This document shows, one piece after another, positions 30,688-39,877 of a stretch of DNA of 64,000 nucleotides. Under the pieces are notes generated by a model. The model made no database searches, had not been told where the DNA came from, and saw nothing but the letters and a program-made list of their open reading frames with translations. Numbering within the stretch: the stretch's first letter is position 1; each line of letters opens with the position of its first letter. The DNA comes from an uncultured Actinomycetota bacterium. Lineage in GTDB: Bacteria; Actinomycetota; Actinomycetes; Mycobacteriales; SCTD01. The stretch lies in assembly GCA_963760125.1 (NCBI GenBank), contig CAVXBV010000007.1:577613-641612 (forward strand). Reading direction: 5' to 3'. A program made the translations under genes and the position numbers.

Positions 30688-32000
30688 GGCTCTGCGGGCT
30701 CCGGCGCCTCGGACGTGGTCGCGAGGTCGCTACCACGGGCCGGCTCGGGAAGGGCCTCGGCCAACGAGCAGGACAGCAGCGCGATCTGCCAGGAGCGGGC
30801 GCCGTACGACGCGAGAGCGGCGGCAACGGAGTCGGCGTCCACTTCGGGCGGAGGCGCCCAGGCGAGCCGACGCACGGCGTCCGGAGGGCACAGGTTCTCG
30901 GCCGGCATGGTGTTGGCCTCGGCCAGTGCAGTCACGGCCGCGCGGACCCGGGCGAGTCGCTTGGCGGCGACCGGGTCGCGCTCCGCCCAGCGGTTCGGTG
31001 CGGGAGGTCCGTCGCCCACGGCCGTCGGCTGAGGGAGGTCGTCCTCGGGCAGGGCCGCAGCGCGGGCCAGGGCACCGAACCAGGTGTCGGCGTGCCGGCG
31101 GGTGCTCCGGCCGCCGAAGACGGGCAGCGCCGTCAGGGCCTGCGGTGACTCGGGAGCCGTCGTCACAGCGTTGACGATCGCCGCGTCGGGCAGGATCCGC
31201 CCCGGAGCGGTGTCCCGACGACGGGCCATCTGGTCCCGCAGCTCCCAGAGGGCACGAACGCCGGCCAGCTGTCGTCGCGTGCGGAGCCGGTGGATGCCGC
31301 TGGTGCGGCGCCACGGGTCGACGCGCGGCGGGGGAGGCGGCGCGATGCGGACCGCCTCGAACTCCTCGTGCGCCCAGGCCAGCTTGCCCTGGGCGTCGAG
31401 CTCGGCCTCGAGCGCGTCCCGCAGCTCGAGCAGCACCTCAACGTCCAGGGCTGCGTAGACGAGCCAGTCACGCGGCAGGGGTCGCGTGGACCAGTCGGCG
31501 GCGCTGTGGCCCTTCTCCAGCCGGTAGCCGAGGACGTTCTCCACCATGGCGCCCAGGCCGACGCGGTCGAACCCGGCGAGGCGTCCGGCGAGCTCGGTGT
31601 CGAACACCCTCGGCGCCTCGAGGCCGACCTCGGCCAGGCAGGGGATGTCTTGGCTCGCCGCGTGCAGGACCCACTCGCAGCCCTGCAGGACCTTGCCCAG
31701 CAGGGAGAGGTCCGGGCAGGCGATCGGGTCGATGAGGGCCGATCCCGCGCCGGCGCGACGCAGCTGGACGAGGTAGGCGCGCTGGGAGTAGCGGTAGCCC
31801 GAGGCTCGCTCGGCATCGAACGCGACCGGACCGGTTCCTGCGGCGAACCGCGCGACGACGTCGGCCAGGTCGGCGGCCGTCTCGACGACCGGGGGCACGC
31901 CTTCGCGGGGCACGAGCAGGGGAGTGGGCTCGGGCACGACCGGAGCGTCGCTCTGGTCGCCGGCCACCTCTCCGTCAGGACCCGGCAGGGTCGCGGTCAC
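30684..32000 (-). CDS. rnd: ribonuclease D (DEDD exonuclease + HRDC)
   Basis: VAFDAERASGYRYSQRAYLVQL, HAASQDIPCL, YAALDVEVLLEL, followed by an HRDC-like region. Confidence 0.85.
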   Translation of the reverse strand: MTATLPGPDGEVAGDQSDAPVVPEPTPLLVPREGVPPVVETAADLADVVARFAAGTGPVAFDAERASGYRYSQRAYLVQLRRAGAGSALIDPIACPDLSLLGKVLQGCEWVLHAASQDIPCLAEVGLEAPRVFDTELAGRLAGFDRVGLGAMVENVLGYRLEKGHSAADWSTRPLPRDWLVYAALDVEVLLELRDALEAELDAQGKLAWAHEEFEAVRIAPPPPPRVDPWRRTSGIHRLRTRRQLAGVRALWELRDQMARRRDTAPGRILPDAAIVNAVTTAPESPQALTALPVFGGRSTRRHADTWFGALARAAALPEDDLPQPTAVGDGPPAPNRWAERDPVAAKRLARVRAAVTALAEANTMPAENLCPPDAVRRLAWAPPPEVDADSVAAALASYGARSWQIALLSCSLAEALPEPARGSDLATTSEAPEPAEP

Positions 32001-32076
32001 GCGCTCACCTTACGGCGCGACGCGCCGTCGCGACGGCTGCCTCGCCGTGTCGCGCCGCCACCAGCGGTGCGGGGGC

Positions 32077-32766
32077 TCAGCGGATGACGCCGGCCCGCAT
32101 CGCCAGGGCCACCATCTCCGCCCGGTCGCCGGTGCCGAGCTTGCGGGCGATGCGCGCCAGGTGGGACTTGACCGTGAGAGCCGACAGTCCGAGGTCCTCG
32201 CCGATCTGCTTGTTGGACTGGCCGTCCGCGACCAGCCGCAGCACCTCGACCTCACGGGCGGAGAGCTCTGACACCCCGGTGTCCACCGGCCCCCCTCGCA
32301 GGCCCGCGGCCAGCAGGGACGCGACGGACGGGTCGGCGTACACCCCGCCGTCCAGGACGCGACGTACGCCGTCGGCGACGATGACGGGGGAGGCGGACTT
32401 GAGCAGGTAGCCCTGGGCGCCGGCAACGAAGGCGGCGCGCACGCTGTACGGGTCATCGGCGGCGGACAGCACCACCAGGCGCTGCCAGCCGGCCGCGCGT
32501 AGGTCGGCCAGCAGGTCGAGCCCGGAGCCGTCGGGCAGGCCGAGGTCCAGGACGCACAGCTCGCGCGGGCCGGAGGCGTTCGCACGCGCGCGGGCCTCAC
32601 CGATCGTCGCGGCCTCCACGACCTCACGCGCGCCCATGGAACGCAGCCGGTTGACCATCGACTCCCGCACCAGAGGGTGGTCGTCGACGACCATGGCGGA
32701 GAAGCCCGGCGCCTCCTGGACAGGAATGCCGTCCAGGGCGTGCTCGAGTCCGGCAGTCACCGTCAT
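32077..32766 (-). CDS. response regulator, NarL/LuxR family
   Basis: ATG 32766 is preceded by GGAGG. Receiver domain (MVVDDHPLVRE, VLDLGLPDGSG) and LuxR HTH (LSAREVEVLRLVADGQSNKQIGEDLGLSALTVKSHL). Confidence 0.8.
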   Translation of the reverse strand: MTVTAGLEHALDGIPVQEAPGFSAMVVDDHPLVRESMVNRLRSMGAREVVEAATIGEARARANASGPRELCVLDLGLPDGSGLDLLADLRAAGWQRLVVLSAADDPYSVRAAFVAGAQGYLLKSASPVIVADGVRRVLDGGVYADPSVASLLAAGLRGGPVDTGVSELSAREVEVLRLVADGQSNKQIGEDLGLSALTVKSHLARIARKLGTGDRAEMVALAMRAGVIR

Positions 32767-32770
32767 GTCA

Positions 32771-32786
32771 CCTCCGTGCGCGGAGG
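32771..32786 (-). promoter_or_regulatory. hairpin pairing the response-regulator SD with an anti-SD
   Basis: Minus strand: CCUCCG-CGCA-CGGAGG. The 3' arm carries the GGAGG located 4 nt before ATG 32766. Confidence 0.3.
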
Positions 32787-32830
32787 CGGCAGTCGCCCCT
32801 CGCACTCTGCTTCGGCCAGGGGAGCCGTCG

Positions 32831-32931
32831 GCTGTAGCGCATGGACCGGGTCGTTGCGCCGAGTGGCCCAACGGCCGGCGTTAGGCCATTCGGCTGACAA
32901 GCGGGCCCAGTGCTGTAGTCCAACGGCCGGG
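32831..32931. promoter_or_regulatory. reiterated motifs in the divergent promoter region (candidate regulator sites)
   Basis: The exact 11-mer CCAACGGCCGG occurs at 32868-32878 and 32920-32930 (52-nt spacing). GCTGTAG occurs at 32831-32837 and 32912-32918. The 20-mers 32831-32850 and 32912-32931 match at 15 of 20 positions. Confidence 0.25.
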
Positions 32932-32984
32932 CTGCCGAGGCCACGAGGGACAGATTGCTGTCCGCTGCCACCTGAGGAGTCCCG

Positions 32985-34394
32985 GTGCCCCACATGACCC
33001 CCGTCGGCACGGTGCGCACCACCGCTGCCCTGACGGGAGTTGCGGGCCTCGCCCTGACCTTGCTGGACACCTGGGGCCGGCCGGCCTGGTGGGCGATCCC
33101 GCTACTGGCACTGGCCATCGCCGCGTCCGAGATCGCCGTGGTCAGCCTGCAGTTCGGGCGGCAGACCTGGACCTTTTCGCTGACCGAGAGCGCCCTGGGT
33201 GCAGCCTGGGTGATCGCGCCTGGCCAGTGGACCGTCGTGGCCACGGTGGTCGGGGTCCTGGTCGCCCAGACGGTCCTGCGGCGAGCACTGCTCAAGAAGC
33301 TGTTCAACCTGAGCGTGTTCGGCGCCGCGGCGGCCGCGGGGTCGCTCGCCGTCGGCTCGCTCGGCGGCGGCATCCCGGCGACCATCGCTGGCCTCTCCGT
33401 GTGGTTCGTCGTCAACTTCACCCTCGTGGCGGTCGCGGTCGCCGTGACGAGCGAGCGAAGTCCCCTACCCGTCCTGCTGTCCTCCGCACCCCTGTCGGCG
33501 TTGCACATGGCCGGCAACAGCTCCATCGGGCTGCTGGCAGCGTGGTTGGCGGTGCACCAGCCGCTGGGCCTGTTCGGGCTGGTCGTGCCCCTGGCCCTGC
33601 TCTGGTCGTCGTACGACCAGAGCGCGCGCCGCAGCCAGGAGGTGCGCCTGTTCGCTGAGCTCGCCGCCGGGCAGGAGCAGGCGACCGGCCGGTCCGCGGA
33701 CTCCTCCGCCCGGGTCGTGGTGACGGCGGCCGCTCGCCTGTTCGGCGGAGCGGACGTCGAGCTGGTCCTGCTCGCTGCCGACGGACCCGTGCGCTACGCC
33801 GGCGACGAGAGCAGCGTTCCGCAGCGCGTCAGGGTGGACACGGACGTGTTCGACGAACCGTGGGTCATGCGGGCCCTGGGGGCGCAGGGCGTGGCCACCG
33901 GTCTGCTCGAGGGGCGACCCTGGTGCTCCGCGGTGCTCGGCGAGGCGGAGCACCCGCAGGCCGTCCTGCTGGCTCGACGGCCGGTCGGCGCAGCGCCCTT
34001 CGGTCGTCGCGAGACGCAGCTCGCCCAGGTCCTCGTGGGCCAGGCCGAGGGATGGCTGTCGGTCGCCGACCTCTCCGCACAGGCCCGCACGGCCTCCGCA
34101 CGCGTGGAGGTGGCGGGTCAGGCCGCTCGGGCTCTCGGGGACATCGGCGCCGCGACCGCACCGGCTCTGCGCGTCCTGCGGGAGTCGGCCGACCGGCTGG
34201 CGCGGCTGGCCGAGTCCGCGGGCGGCGTCGACGACATCGTGGAGGAGCTGCACCTGGTGGAGCGGGCCGTGGCCTCGCTGCTCGGCGCGGTCGCTCTCGC
34301 GGCCGACCCCGAGCTCCTCGTGCCCACGCAGCAGGGCCAACCACCCGTCCGACGGGCGGTCGCCGACTGGACGACCACCGGCGTGCTCAGGTGA
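32985..34394 (+). CDS. polytopic membrane protein with cytoplasmic GAF-like domain (accessory sensor of the downstream kinase)
   Basis: GTG 32985 lies 5 nt after GAGGAG. About six TM helices, then a GAF-like segment (VVVTAAARLFGGADVELVLL...QAVLLARR) and a helical tail. There is no kinase domain. The stop overlaps the kinase start (GTGA). Confidence 0.55.
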   Translation: MPHMTPVGTVRTTAALTGVAGLALTLLDTWGRPAWWAIPLLALAIAASEIAVVSLQFGRQTWTFSLTESALGAAWVIAPGQWTVVATVVGVLVAQTVLRRALLKKLFNLSVFGAAAAAGSLAVGSLGGGIPATIAGLSVWFVVNFTLVAVAVAVTSERSPLPVLLSSAPLSALHMAGNSSIGLLAAWLAVHQPLGLFGLVVPLALLWSSYDQSARRSQEVRLFAELAAGQEQATGRSADSSARVVVTAAARLFGGADVELVLLAADGPVRYAGDESSVPQRVRVDTDVFDEPWVMRALGAQGVATGLLEGRPWCSAVLGEAEHPQAVLLARRPVGAAPFGRRETQLAQVLVGQAEGWLSVADLSAQARTASARVEVAGQAARALGDIGAATAPALRVLRESADRLARLAESAGGVDDIVEELHLVERAVASLLGAVALAADPELLVPTQQGQPPVRRAVADWTTTGVLR

Positions 34395-35527
34395 AGCCGC
34401 GGTCCGCGTTGCCCCTCGCCTTCTGGGCCGCGGCGCTGGGGTCGCTCGCCGTCCTCGCCACCGTCGGGGTCACGTCCCTCGTCCTCGTCCTGCTGTCCGC
34501 GGACCTCGGGGTCGAGGTGATCACCGCCTTGGTGGCGGGGACGACGGCAGGACTCATCGGGGTGCTCGGAGCGGTCGTCGCTGCGAGTCGCCTCGCCAAG
34601 GCTCTGCGGGGGCTGCACGAGGAGGCCGTGCGCCGGCTGGCCGCGCCGAACCTGCCGCTGTCGGCGTCGAGCGGCGTGGTGTCCCGCGCTTCGCTCGAGG
34701 TCGCCGAGCTCGGCCGGACGCTCGACGCCCTGCACCGCCGGGTCCGTCTGGCCGATGAGCTCGGCGAGCGGCACCGGCACGAGGCGGAGACCGCCGGGGC
34801 GGGCGTCTTCGAGCTGCTGTCAGGCCTGGTCGCTGCGGAGGAGGGTGCACGTGGACAGCTCGCCGCCGAGCTGCACGACACGGTCGCCCAGTCGCTCATG
34901 ATCGCGCGGAGCCTGCTCGCCGCGTCGCCGACCGAGCCGGCCGAGATCGCCAAGCTCGCCGACTACGTCGAGGATGCGGAAGAGCAGGTCAGGGCTGTGA
35001 TGGCGCGTACCCGTCCGCCTGCACTGCGCGAGGGCGACCTCGCGTCAGCGGTCAACAACCTGCGGATGGACATGCACGCGAGGTACGGCCTGGCGCTGGT
35101 CATCGACTGGCCGCAGTCGCCGTACCCGCTGCCGTTGGCGTCAGCGGTCACCGTCTACCGGTTCTTCCAGGAAGCGCTGCTGAACGTCGTGAAGCACGCC
35201 GACGTGGACGACGCCCACGTGACCTTGACCATCGACGAGACCTCGGTCCTCGCGACCGTCCGCGACGAGGGCCCCGGCTTCGACCCGTCAGCGGTACGGC
35301 CAGATCGCGGCCGACACGTCGGTCTCGGGCTGCTGCGCGAACGCGCCCGGCTGTCCGGTGGCGCCCTGGAGGTGACCAGCGATCGCGGCCAGGGCACGAC
35401 GCTCCTGCTCCGGCTCCCACGCCCGTCGTCGGCTGTCGCCCCCGCCGTCGACCTGCTGGGGATCGTCAGTCCGCAGCCGGGTGACCCGGCGCCCTTGCGG
35501 CGGATGTCCGACCGGGCGTCGCGCTAG
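34391..35527 (+). CDS. sensor histidine kinase, HisKA_3 type
   Basis: GTG 34391. Two TM helices, a HAMP-like linker, H-box LAAELHDTVAQSL, and HATPase blocks LLNVVKHA, RDEGPGFD, GLGLL. Confidence 0.8.
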   Translation: MKPRSALPLAFWAAALGSLAVLATVGVTSLVLVLLSADLGVEVITALVAGTTAGLIGVLGAVVAASRLAKALRGLHEEAVRRLAAPNLPLSASSGVVSRASLEVAELGRTLDALHRRVRLADELGERHRHEAETAGAGVFELLSGLVAAEEGARGQLAAELHDTVAQSLMIARSLLAASPTEPAEIAKLADYVEDAEEQVRAVMARTRPPALREGDLASAVNNLRMDMHARYGLALVIDWPQSPYPLPLASAVTVYRFFQEALLNVVKHADVDDAHVTLTIDETSVLATVRDEGPGFDPSAVRPDRGRHVGLGLLRERARLSGGALEVTSDRGQGTTLLLRLPRPSSAVAPAVDLLGIVSPQPGDPAPLRRMSDRASR

Positions 35528-36207
35528 CTGCGAGGGCGAAGCGTCGCGATGCCTTGCGGCGGCAGGCCGGCGGTCATGCACAGCAGGTCGCACCAGGCAC
35601 GCAGGTGGCAGGCGAGGTCGAGCGAGCCGTCGGCGTCCGGCAGCGGGCTCCAGGAGGCACGGACCTCGACCTCGTTGGTCTCGGTCGGGTCCTCCACGAG
35701 CCCGAAGGTGAGCGAGGCGGTGCGCGTGACGGTGCCGCCGGCTGCGGTGTGGGCCGCGTCGCGCTCGCGCAGGGCGTCCGACAGCCAGCTCCAGCCCACC
35801 TCGGCGAGCGCGGGGTCGCCGGCCATCTCCGGGTCGATGTCCGCGCTGACGAACGCCACCACGCGCGTGTCGCCGCGCCAGCCGTCCTGGCCAGCCGGGT
35901 CGTGCAGGACGACGAACCGCCCGGTCGCGATCTCCTCGCCGTCGCGCAGCACCTCGGCGCTGTAGGCGACGGCGTGCGGGGCCAGCCGCCGCGGCGCGGG
36001 GACCTCGTGCAAGGTCAGGACCCCGGGGCGCTCGACGGACAGCATCGCCTCGTGCAACCCCACCACGGCGCGCGAGAAGGTCGTCGGAGCGGGGGGCGCC
36101 GCGAGCTTGGCCGACGGCGCGGCCGGCTCGACGCGGGAGGGGGTCACCTGACCACGGTAGGTCGGGAGTCGCCGCTGTGGGAGCAGACGCGCCGACTGGT
36201 CGCCCAC
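35524..36207 (-). CDS. DUF3000-domain protein
   Basis: Track ORF with a GTG start. Pattern AYSAEV..GRFVVLHDPAGQDGW.G.TRVV.F. Positionally equivalent to the conserved hypothetical gene next to RNase D and hemE in mycobacteria (from memory). The start is uncertain. Confidence 0.65.
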   Translation of the reverse strand: MGDQSARLLPQRRLPTYRGQVTPSRVEPAAPSAKLAAPPAPTTFSRAVVGLHEAMLSVERPGVLTLHEVPAPRRLAPHAVAYSAEVLRDGEEIATGRFVVLHDPAGQDGWRGDTRVVAFVSADIDPEMAGDPALAEVGWSWLSDALRERDAAHTAAGGTVTRTASLTFGLVEDPTETNEVEVRASWSPLPDADGSLDLACHLRAWCDLLCMTAGLPPQGIATLRPRS

Positions 36208-36221
36208 CTAGTGTCCCGATC

Positions 36222-37049
36222 GTGACCGTGCTGCTCGCCCTGCTCTCCAGCCTGCTCTGGGGCACCTCGGACTTCCTGGGAGGTACGGCGGCCAAGCGCC
36301 TGCCCGTGCTGGTGGTCGTCGGCGTCTCGCAGGCGGTGGCGCTGGTGGCTCTGGTTCCCGTGGCCGTGCTGCTCGGGGCGGCGCCGGGCTCGCTGGTCCA
36401 GGGGGTCGCGGCCGGTGTTGCCGGGGTGATCGGGCTGGGCGCCTTCTATGCCGCGCTGGCGACGGGGACGATGGGTGTGGTCGCCCCCATCGCCTCACTG
36501 GGTGCCCTCCTGCCCGTGGCGGTTGGCCTGAGCCGTGGGGAGTCGCCGTCGGTCCTGCAGCTGGCGGGGATCGTGGTCGCTGTCGGTGGTGTGGTGCTGG
36601 CGAGCGGGCCGGAGCTCACCGGCCGGGCGCCGCTGCGACCGCTGCTGCTGGCGGTGACCGCCGCCTTCGGGTTCGGTGCTGTCGCCGTCCTGCTGGCCGA
36701 CGGCTCGGCGGCGGCCCCCGGCGCGGTGCTGGTGACACTGCTGGTGATGCGCGTGACGAGCGTCGGGCTGCTGGTGGTCGTCCTGCTCGCCGCGCGGACC
36801 GCCGTGCGCCCTGGGCGCGGCAACCTGCCGCTGCTCGTGGCCATCGGGTTGGGTGACGTTGCGGCTAACGCGGCGTACGCCTTCGCCTCCCGGGGTGGGC
36901 TGCTCAGCGTGGTGTCGGTCCTGGCGTCGCTTTACCCCGTGGTCACGGTGCTGCTGGCTCGACAGGTCCTGAGCGAGCGGCTCATGCCGGTGCAGGCCTT
37001 TGGCGCGGTCGCGACCCTCGCGGGCGTGGGGCTGCTCGCGGCGGGCTGA
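36222..37049 (+). CDS. DMT-superfamily (EamA) transporter
   Basis: GTG 36222 gives the typical start VTVLLALLSSLLWGTSDFLGG. About ten TM helices. The track start at 36177 is an alternative. Confidence 0.7.
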   Translation: MTVLLALLSSLLWGTSDFLGGTAAKRLPVLVVVGVSQAVALVALVPVAVLLGAAPGSLVQGVAAGVAGVIGLGAFYAALATGTMGVVAPIASLGALLPVAVGLSRGESPSVLQLAGIVVAVGGVVLASGPELTGRAPLRPLLLAVTAAFGFGAVAVLLADGSAAAPGAVLVTLLVMRVTSVGLLVVVLLAARTAVRPGRGNLPLLVAIGLGDVAANAAYAFASRGGLLSVVSVLASLYPVVTVLLARQVLSERLMPVQAFGAVATLAGVGLLAAG

Positions 37050-37055
37050 CCGGGG

Positions 37056-37229
37056 TCAGGCCACCCGCGAAGGGCGGAGGGTGAGGAGCAGGCCCGAGGC
37101 GAACGTCACGGCCGTGCCGCAGACCACGCACATGAGGTCGCCGTCGTCCTGCCCGTCATCGCACCGGGGCACGGCGAACGGCAGCAGCCGGTCGCACTCC
37201 TTGCACAGCAGCTCGACGGTCTCGTCCAC
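37056..37229 (-). CDS. small (57 aa) CxxC...CxxC zinc-ribbon-like protein
   Basis: AGGAGG lies 5 nt before GTG 37229. Sequence [41 protein letters not shown]... Divergent from hemE. Confidence 0.5.
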   Translation of the reverse strand: MDETVELLCKECDRLLPFAVPRCDDGQDDGDLMCVVCGTAVTFASGLLLTLRPSRVA

Positions 37230-37321
37230 AGACACCTCCTGGTCAGGTGCGGTGCACGGTGCCACCAGGGTCCGACAGAACGGGGGAGGCGCCGCCGCGG
37301 GGCGCACTAGCGTGGACCGGG

Positions 37322-38353
37322 ATGAGCACCCACGGCCCCGCCCACGACTCCGCCTTCCTGCGCGCCTGCCGGCGCGAACCCGTGCCCCACACGCCGGTCT
37401 GGTTCATGCGCCAGGCCGGGCGGGCGCTCCCGGAGTACCGCGCGCTGCGCGAGGGGACCGGGATGCTCGAGAGCTGCTTCCGGCCCGAGATGGTCACCGA
37501 GATCACCCTGCAGCCGGTGCGCCGGTTCGGCGTCGACGCGGCCATCTTCTTCAGCGACATCGTCGTCCCGCTCAAGGCGATCGGCCTCGATCTCGACATC
37601 GTCCCCGGGGTCGGTCCGGTCGTGGCCGAGCCGTTCCGGAGCGCCGCCGACCTTGACCGGCTGGTGCCGCTGGAGGGCGCGCCCCAGATCACCGAGGCCG
37701 TGCAGCTGCTGGTGCAGGAGCTCGGTCCGATCCCGCTGATCGGCTTCGCGGGGGCACCGTTCACGCTCGCGTCGTACCTCGTGGAGGGCGGGCCGTCGAA
37801 GGACCAGCGCAGGACCAAGGCCCTGATGTACGGCGACCCGGAGCTCTGGTCGCAGCTGATGTCCCGCCTGGCCGACATCACCCTGGCGTTCCTGCGCGTG
37901 CAGATCGACGCCGGCGCCTCCGCGGTCCAGCTGTTCGACTCCTGGGTCGGGGCCCTGCCGGCGGAGGACTACCGCACCCTGGTTCAGCCGCACTCGGCCC
38001 GGATCCTCGCCGGGGTGGCGGACGTGCCGCGGATCCACTTCGGCGTCGGGACGGGCGAGCTGCTGCACGACATGGGCCAGGCGGGCGCCGACGTCGTGGG
38101 CGTCGACTTCCGGGTGCCGCTGGACGAGGCGGTGCGGCGGGTCGGACCGGGCAAGGCGCTGCAGGGCAACCTCGACCCGACCCTGGTGTTCGCCCCCGAG
38201 AGCGTCGTGCGGACGATGACCGAGCGGGTGCTGGAGCAGGCCCGCGCGGCCGAGGGCCACGTCTTCAACCTCGGGCACGGCGTCCTGCCGGAGACCGACC
38301 CCGACGTGCTCACGCGGATCGTCGCCCACGTCCACGAGGCGACGGCGGTCTGA
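37322..38353 (+). CDS. hemE: uroporphyrinogen decarboxylase
   Basis: ATG 37322. Signature [15 protein letters not shown], with full-length collinearity. Confidence 0.9.
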   Translation: MSTHGPAHDSAFLRACRREPVPHTPVWFMRQAGRALPEYRALREGTGMLESCFRPEMVTEITLQPVRRFGVDAAIFFSDIVVPLKAIGLDLDIVPGVGPVVAEPFRSAADLDRLVPLEGAPQITEAVQLLVQELGPIPLIGFAGAPFTLASYLVEGGPSKDQRRTKALMYGDPELWSQLMSRLADITLAFLRVQIDAGASAVQLFDSWVGALPAEDYRTLVQPHSARILAGVADVPRIHFGVGTGELLHDMGQAGADVVGVDFRVPLDEAVRRVGPGKALQGNLDPTLVFAPESVVRTMTERVLEQARAAEGHVFNLGHGVLPETDPDVLTRIVAHVHEATAV

Positions 38354-39854
38354 CGCCTGGCCTGAGCTGCAGGCCGCAGACGATCGCGGCCAGGGCCAGG
38401 ACGGCCCCGGCCGCGAGGAGCACCACGGACGTCGAGCTCACGAAGCTGGCCGTGGCCGCGTCGTTCAGCGCCCCACGGAGCTGGAGCGTCTTCGCCACCC
38501 CGACCCGTTCCAGGAGCAGGGCGCGGACCTCGTCGGTGCGGGCGCCGAGCAGGGCGTCGAGGATCGCCGGTTGCTCCGTGCCCGGCACGCCACCCGCGGT
38601 CAGGGCAGCCGACAGCTGGCTCGACAGTCGCGCGACCGCGAGGGCGCCGAGCCCGGCGACGGCGACGACGCCGCCGAGCTCGCGCGCGACGTTGATCCCC
38701 GCCGCCGCCAGTCCGGCCCGGGTGTCGCCGGCCACGCCGAGCGCTGCCGTCACGACCGGCGCCGTCGTGAGGCCGACGCCGGCCCCCACGACGGCGAGCA
38801 GGACCGCCAGCTCGGCACCGGCGAGGCCCTCGCGGAGGCGGACGCCCAGCACCAGGAGCGCGGCGGCCGCGAGCAGCAGTCCGAAGGTGACCGGCCGCGC
38901 GACGGCCCGCCACCGTCCCGCGAGCGCAGCGGTCACCACCAGGGCTACCGGGAGTGGCAGCAGGAGGCGGCCGGTCGCCTGCGCGTCCTTCGCCTGGACG
39001 AGCTGGAGGAACAGGCTGACGAACACCAGGAGGACGAACACCGCGAGAGACGCGGCGAACGCTCCGAGCAGCGCCCCGCGGAACCGCCGGTCGACGACCA
39101 GGTCGATGGGCAGCAGCGGATCGGGCCGCCGCTCGACCCGCGACAGCACCACGGCCGCGACGAGAGCGCCTGCTCCGCAGGCGGTCACGGCAAGGGACAG
39201 GCCCTGCCGGCCGGCCAGGACCACGCCGTACGTCGCGAGTCCCAGCACCACGCACGTGAGCAGGGCACCCGCAGCGTCCAGCCGTCGACGGTGCGGCGCC
39301 GGAACAACCGGGGTGCGCAGGACCACCACCAGCACGAGCAGGCACAGCGGGACGTTGAGCCAGAACACCGCGGGCCAGCCGTACCGCGCGACGAGGTCAC
39401 CTCCGACGACGGGACCCGCGACCAGCGCCGCCCCTCCGGTCGCGGCCCAGATCCCGACGGCCCGCCGACGCCGCTCCGGGTCCGGGTAGGCGGCGCTCAG
39501 CACGGCGAGCCCGCCCGGCAGCAGCAGCGCCGCCGCCGCGCCCTGAAGAGCCCGCCAGGTCACGAGCGCGGGCACCGACCCCGCGGTCGCGCAGGCGACC
39601 GAGGTGACGGTGAACCCGAGCAGCCCGGACACCAGGACCCGGCGCGCGCCGAACCGGTCGACCAGGGCGCCGCCGGCCAGCAGGAGGGCAGCGAGGGCCA
39701 CCGTGTACGCCGTGACGATGCCCTGCAGGCCGGTGACGCCGGAGCCGAGGTCCTGCTGGACGTCGCGCAGGGCGACCGCCACCACGGTGTTGTCGAGGGT
39801 GGCGGTGAAGGCCGCGAGGGAGGTCGCGACGAGGACCATGGGGGCGCGCGACAC
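38310..39854 (-). CDS. MFS transporter, 14-TMS DHA2/EmrB-like
   Basis: N-terminal pattern [18 protein letters not shown] and LVDRFGARR. About 14 helices. Its 3' end overlaps the hemE 3' end by 44 nt (convergent). Confidence 0.8.
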   Translation of the reverse strand: MSRAPMVLVATSLAAFTATLDNTVVAVALRDVQQDLGSGVTGLQGIVTAYTVALAALLLAGGALVDRFGARRVLVSGLLGFTVTSVACATAGSVPALVTWRALQGAAAALLLPGGLAVLSAAYPDPERRRRAVGIWAATGGAALVAGPVVGGDLVARYGWPAVFWLNVPLCLLVLVVVLRTPVVPAPHRRRLDAAGALLTCVVLGLATYGVVLAGRQGLSLAVTACGAGALVAAVVLSRVERRPDPLLPIDLVVDRRFRGALLGAFAASLAVFVLLVFVSLFLQLVQAKDAQATGRLLLPLPVALVVTAALAGRWRAVARPVTFGLLLAAAALLVLGVRLREGLAGAELAVLLAVVGAGVGLTTAPVVTAALGVAGDTRAGLAAAGINVARELGGVVAVAGLGALAVARLSSQLSAALTAGGVPGTEQPAILDALLGARTDEVRALLLERVGVAKTLQLRGALNDAATASFVSSTSVVLLAAGAVLALAAIVCGLQLRPGVRPPSPRGRGRRSA

Positions 39855-39877
39855 GCGGCAGAACCTACGCTGCGCAG

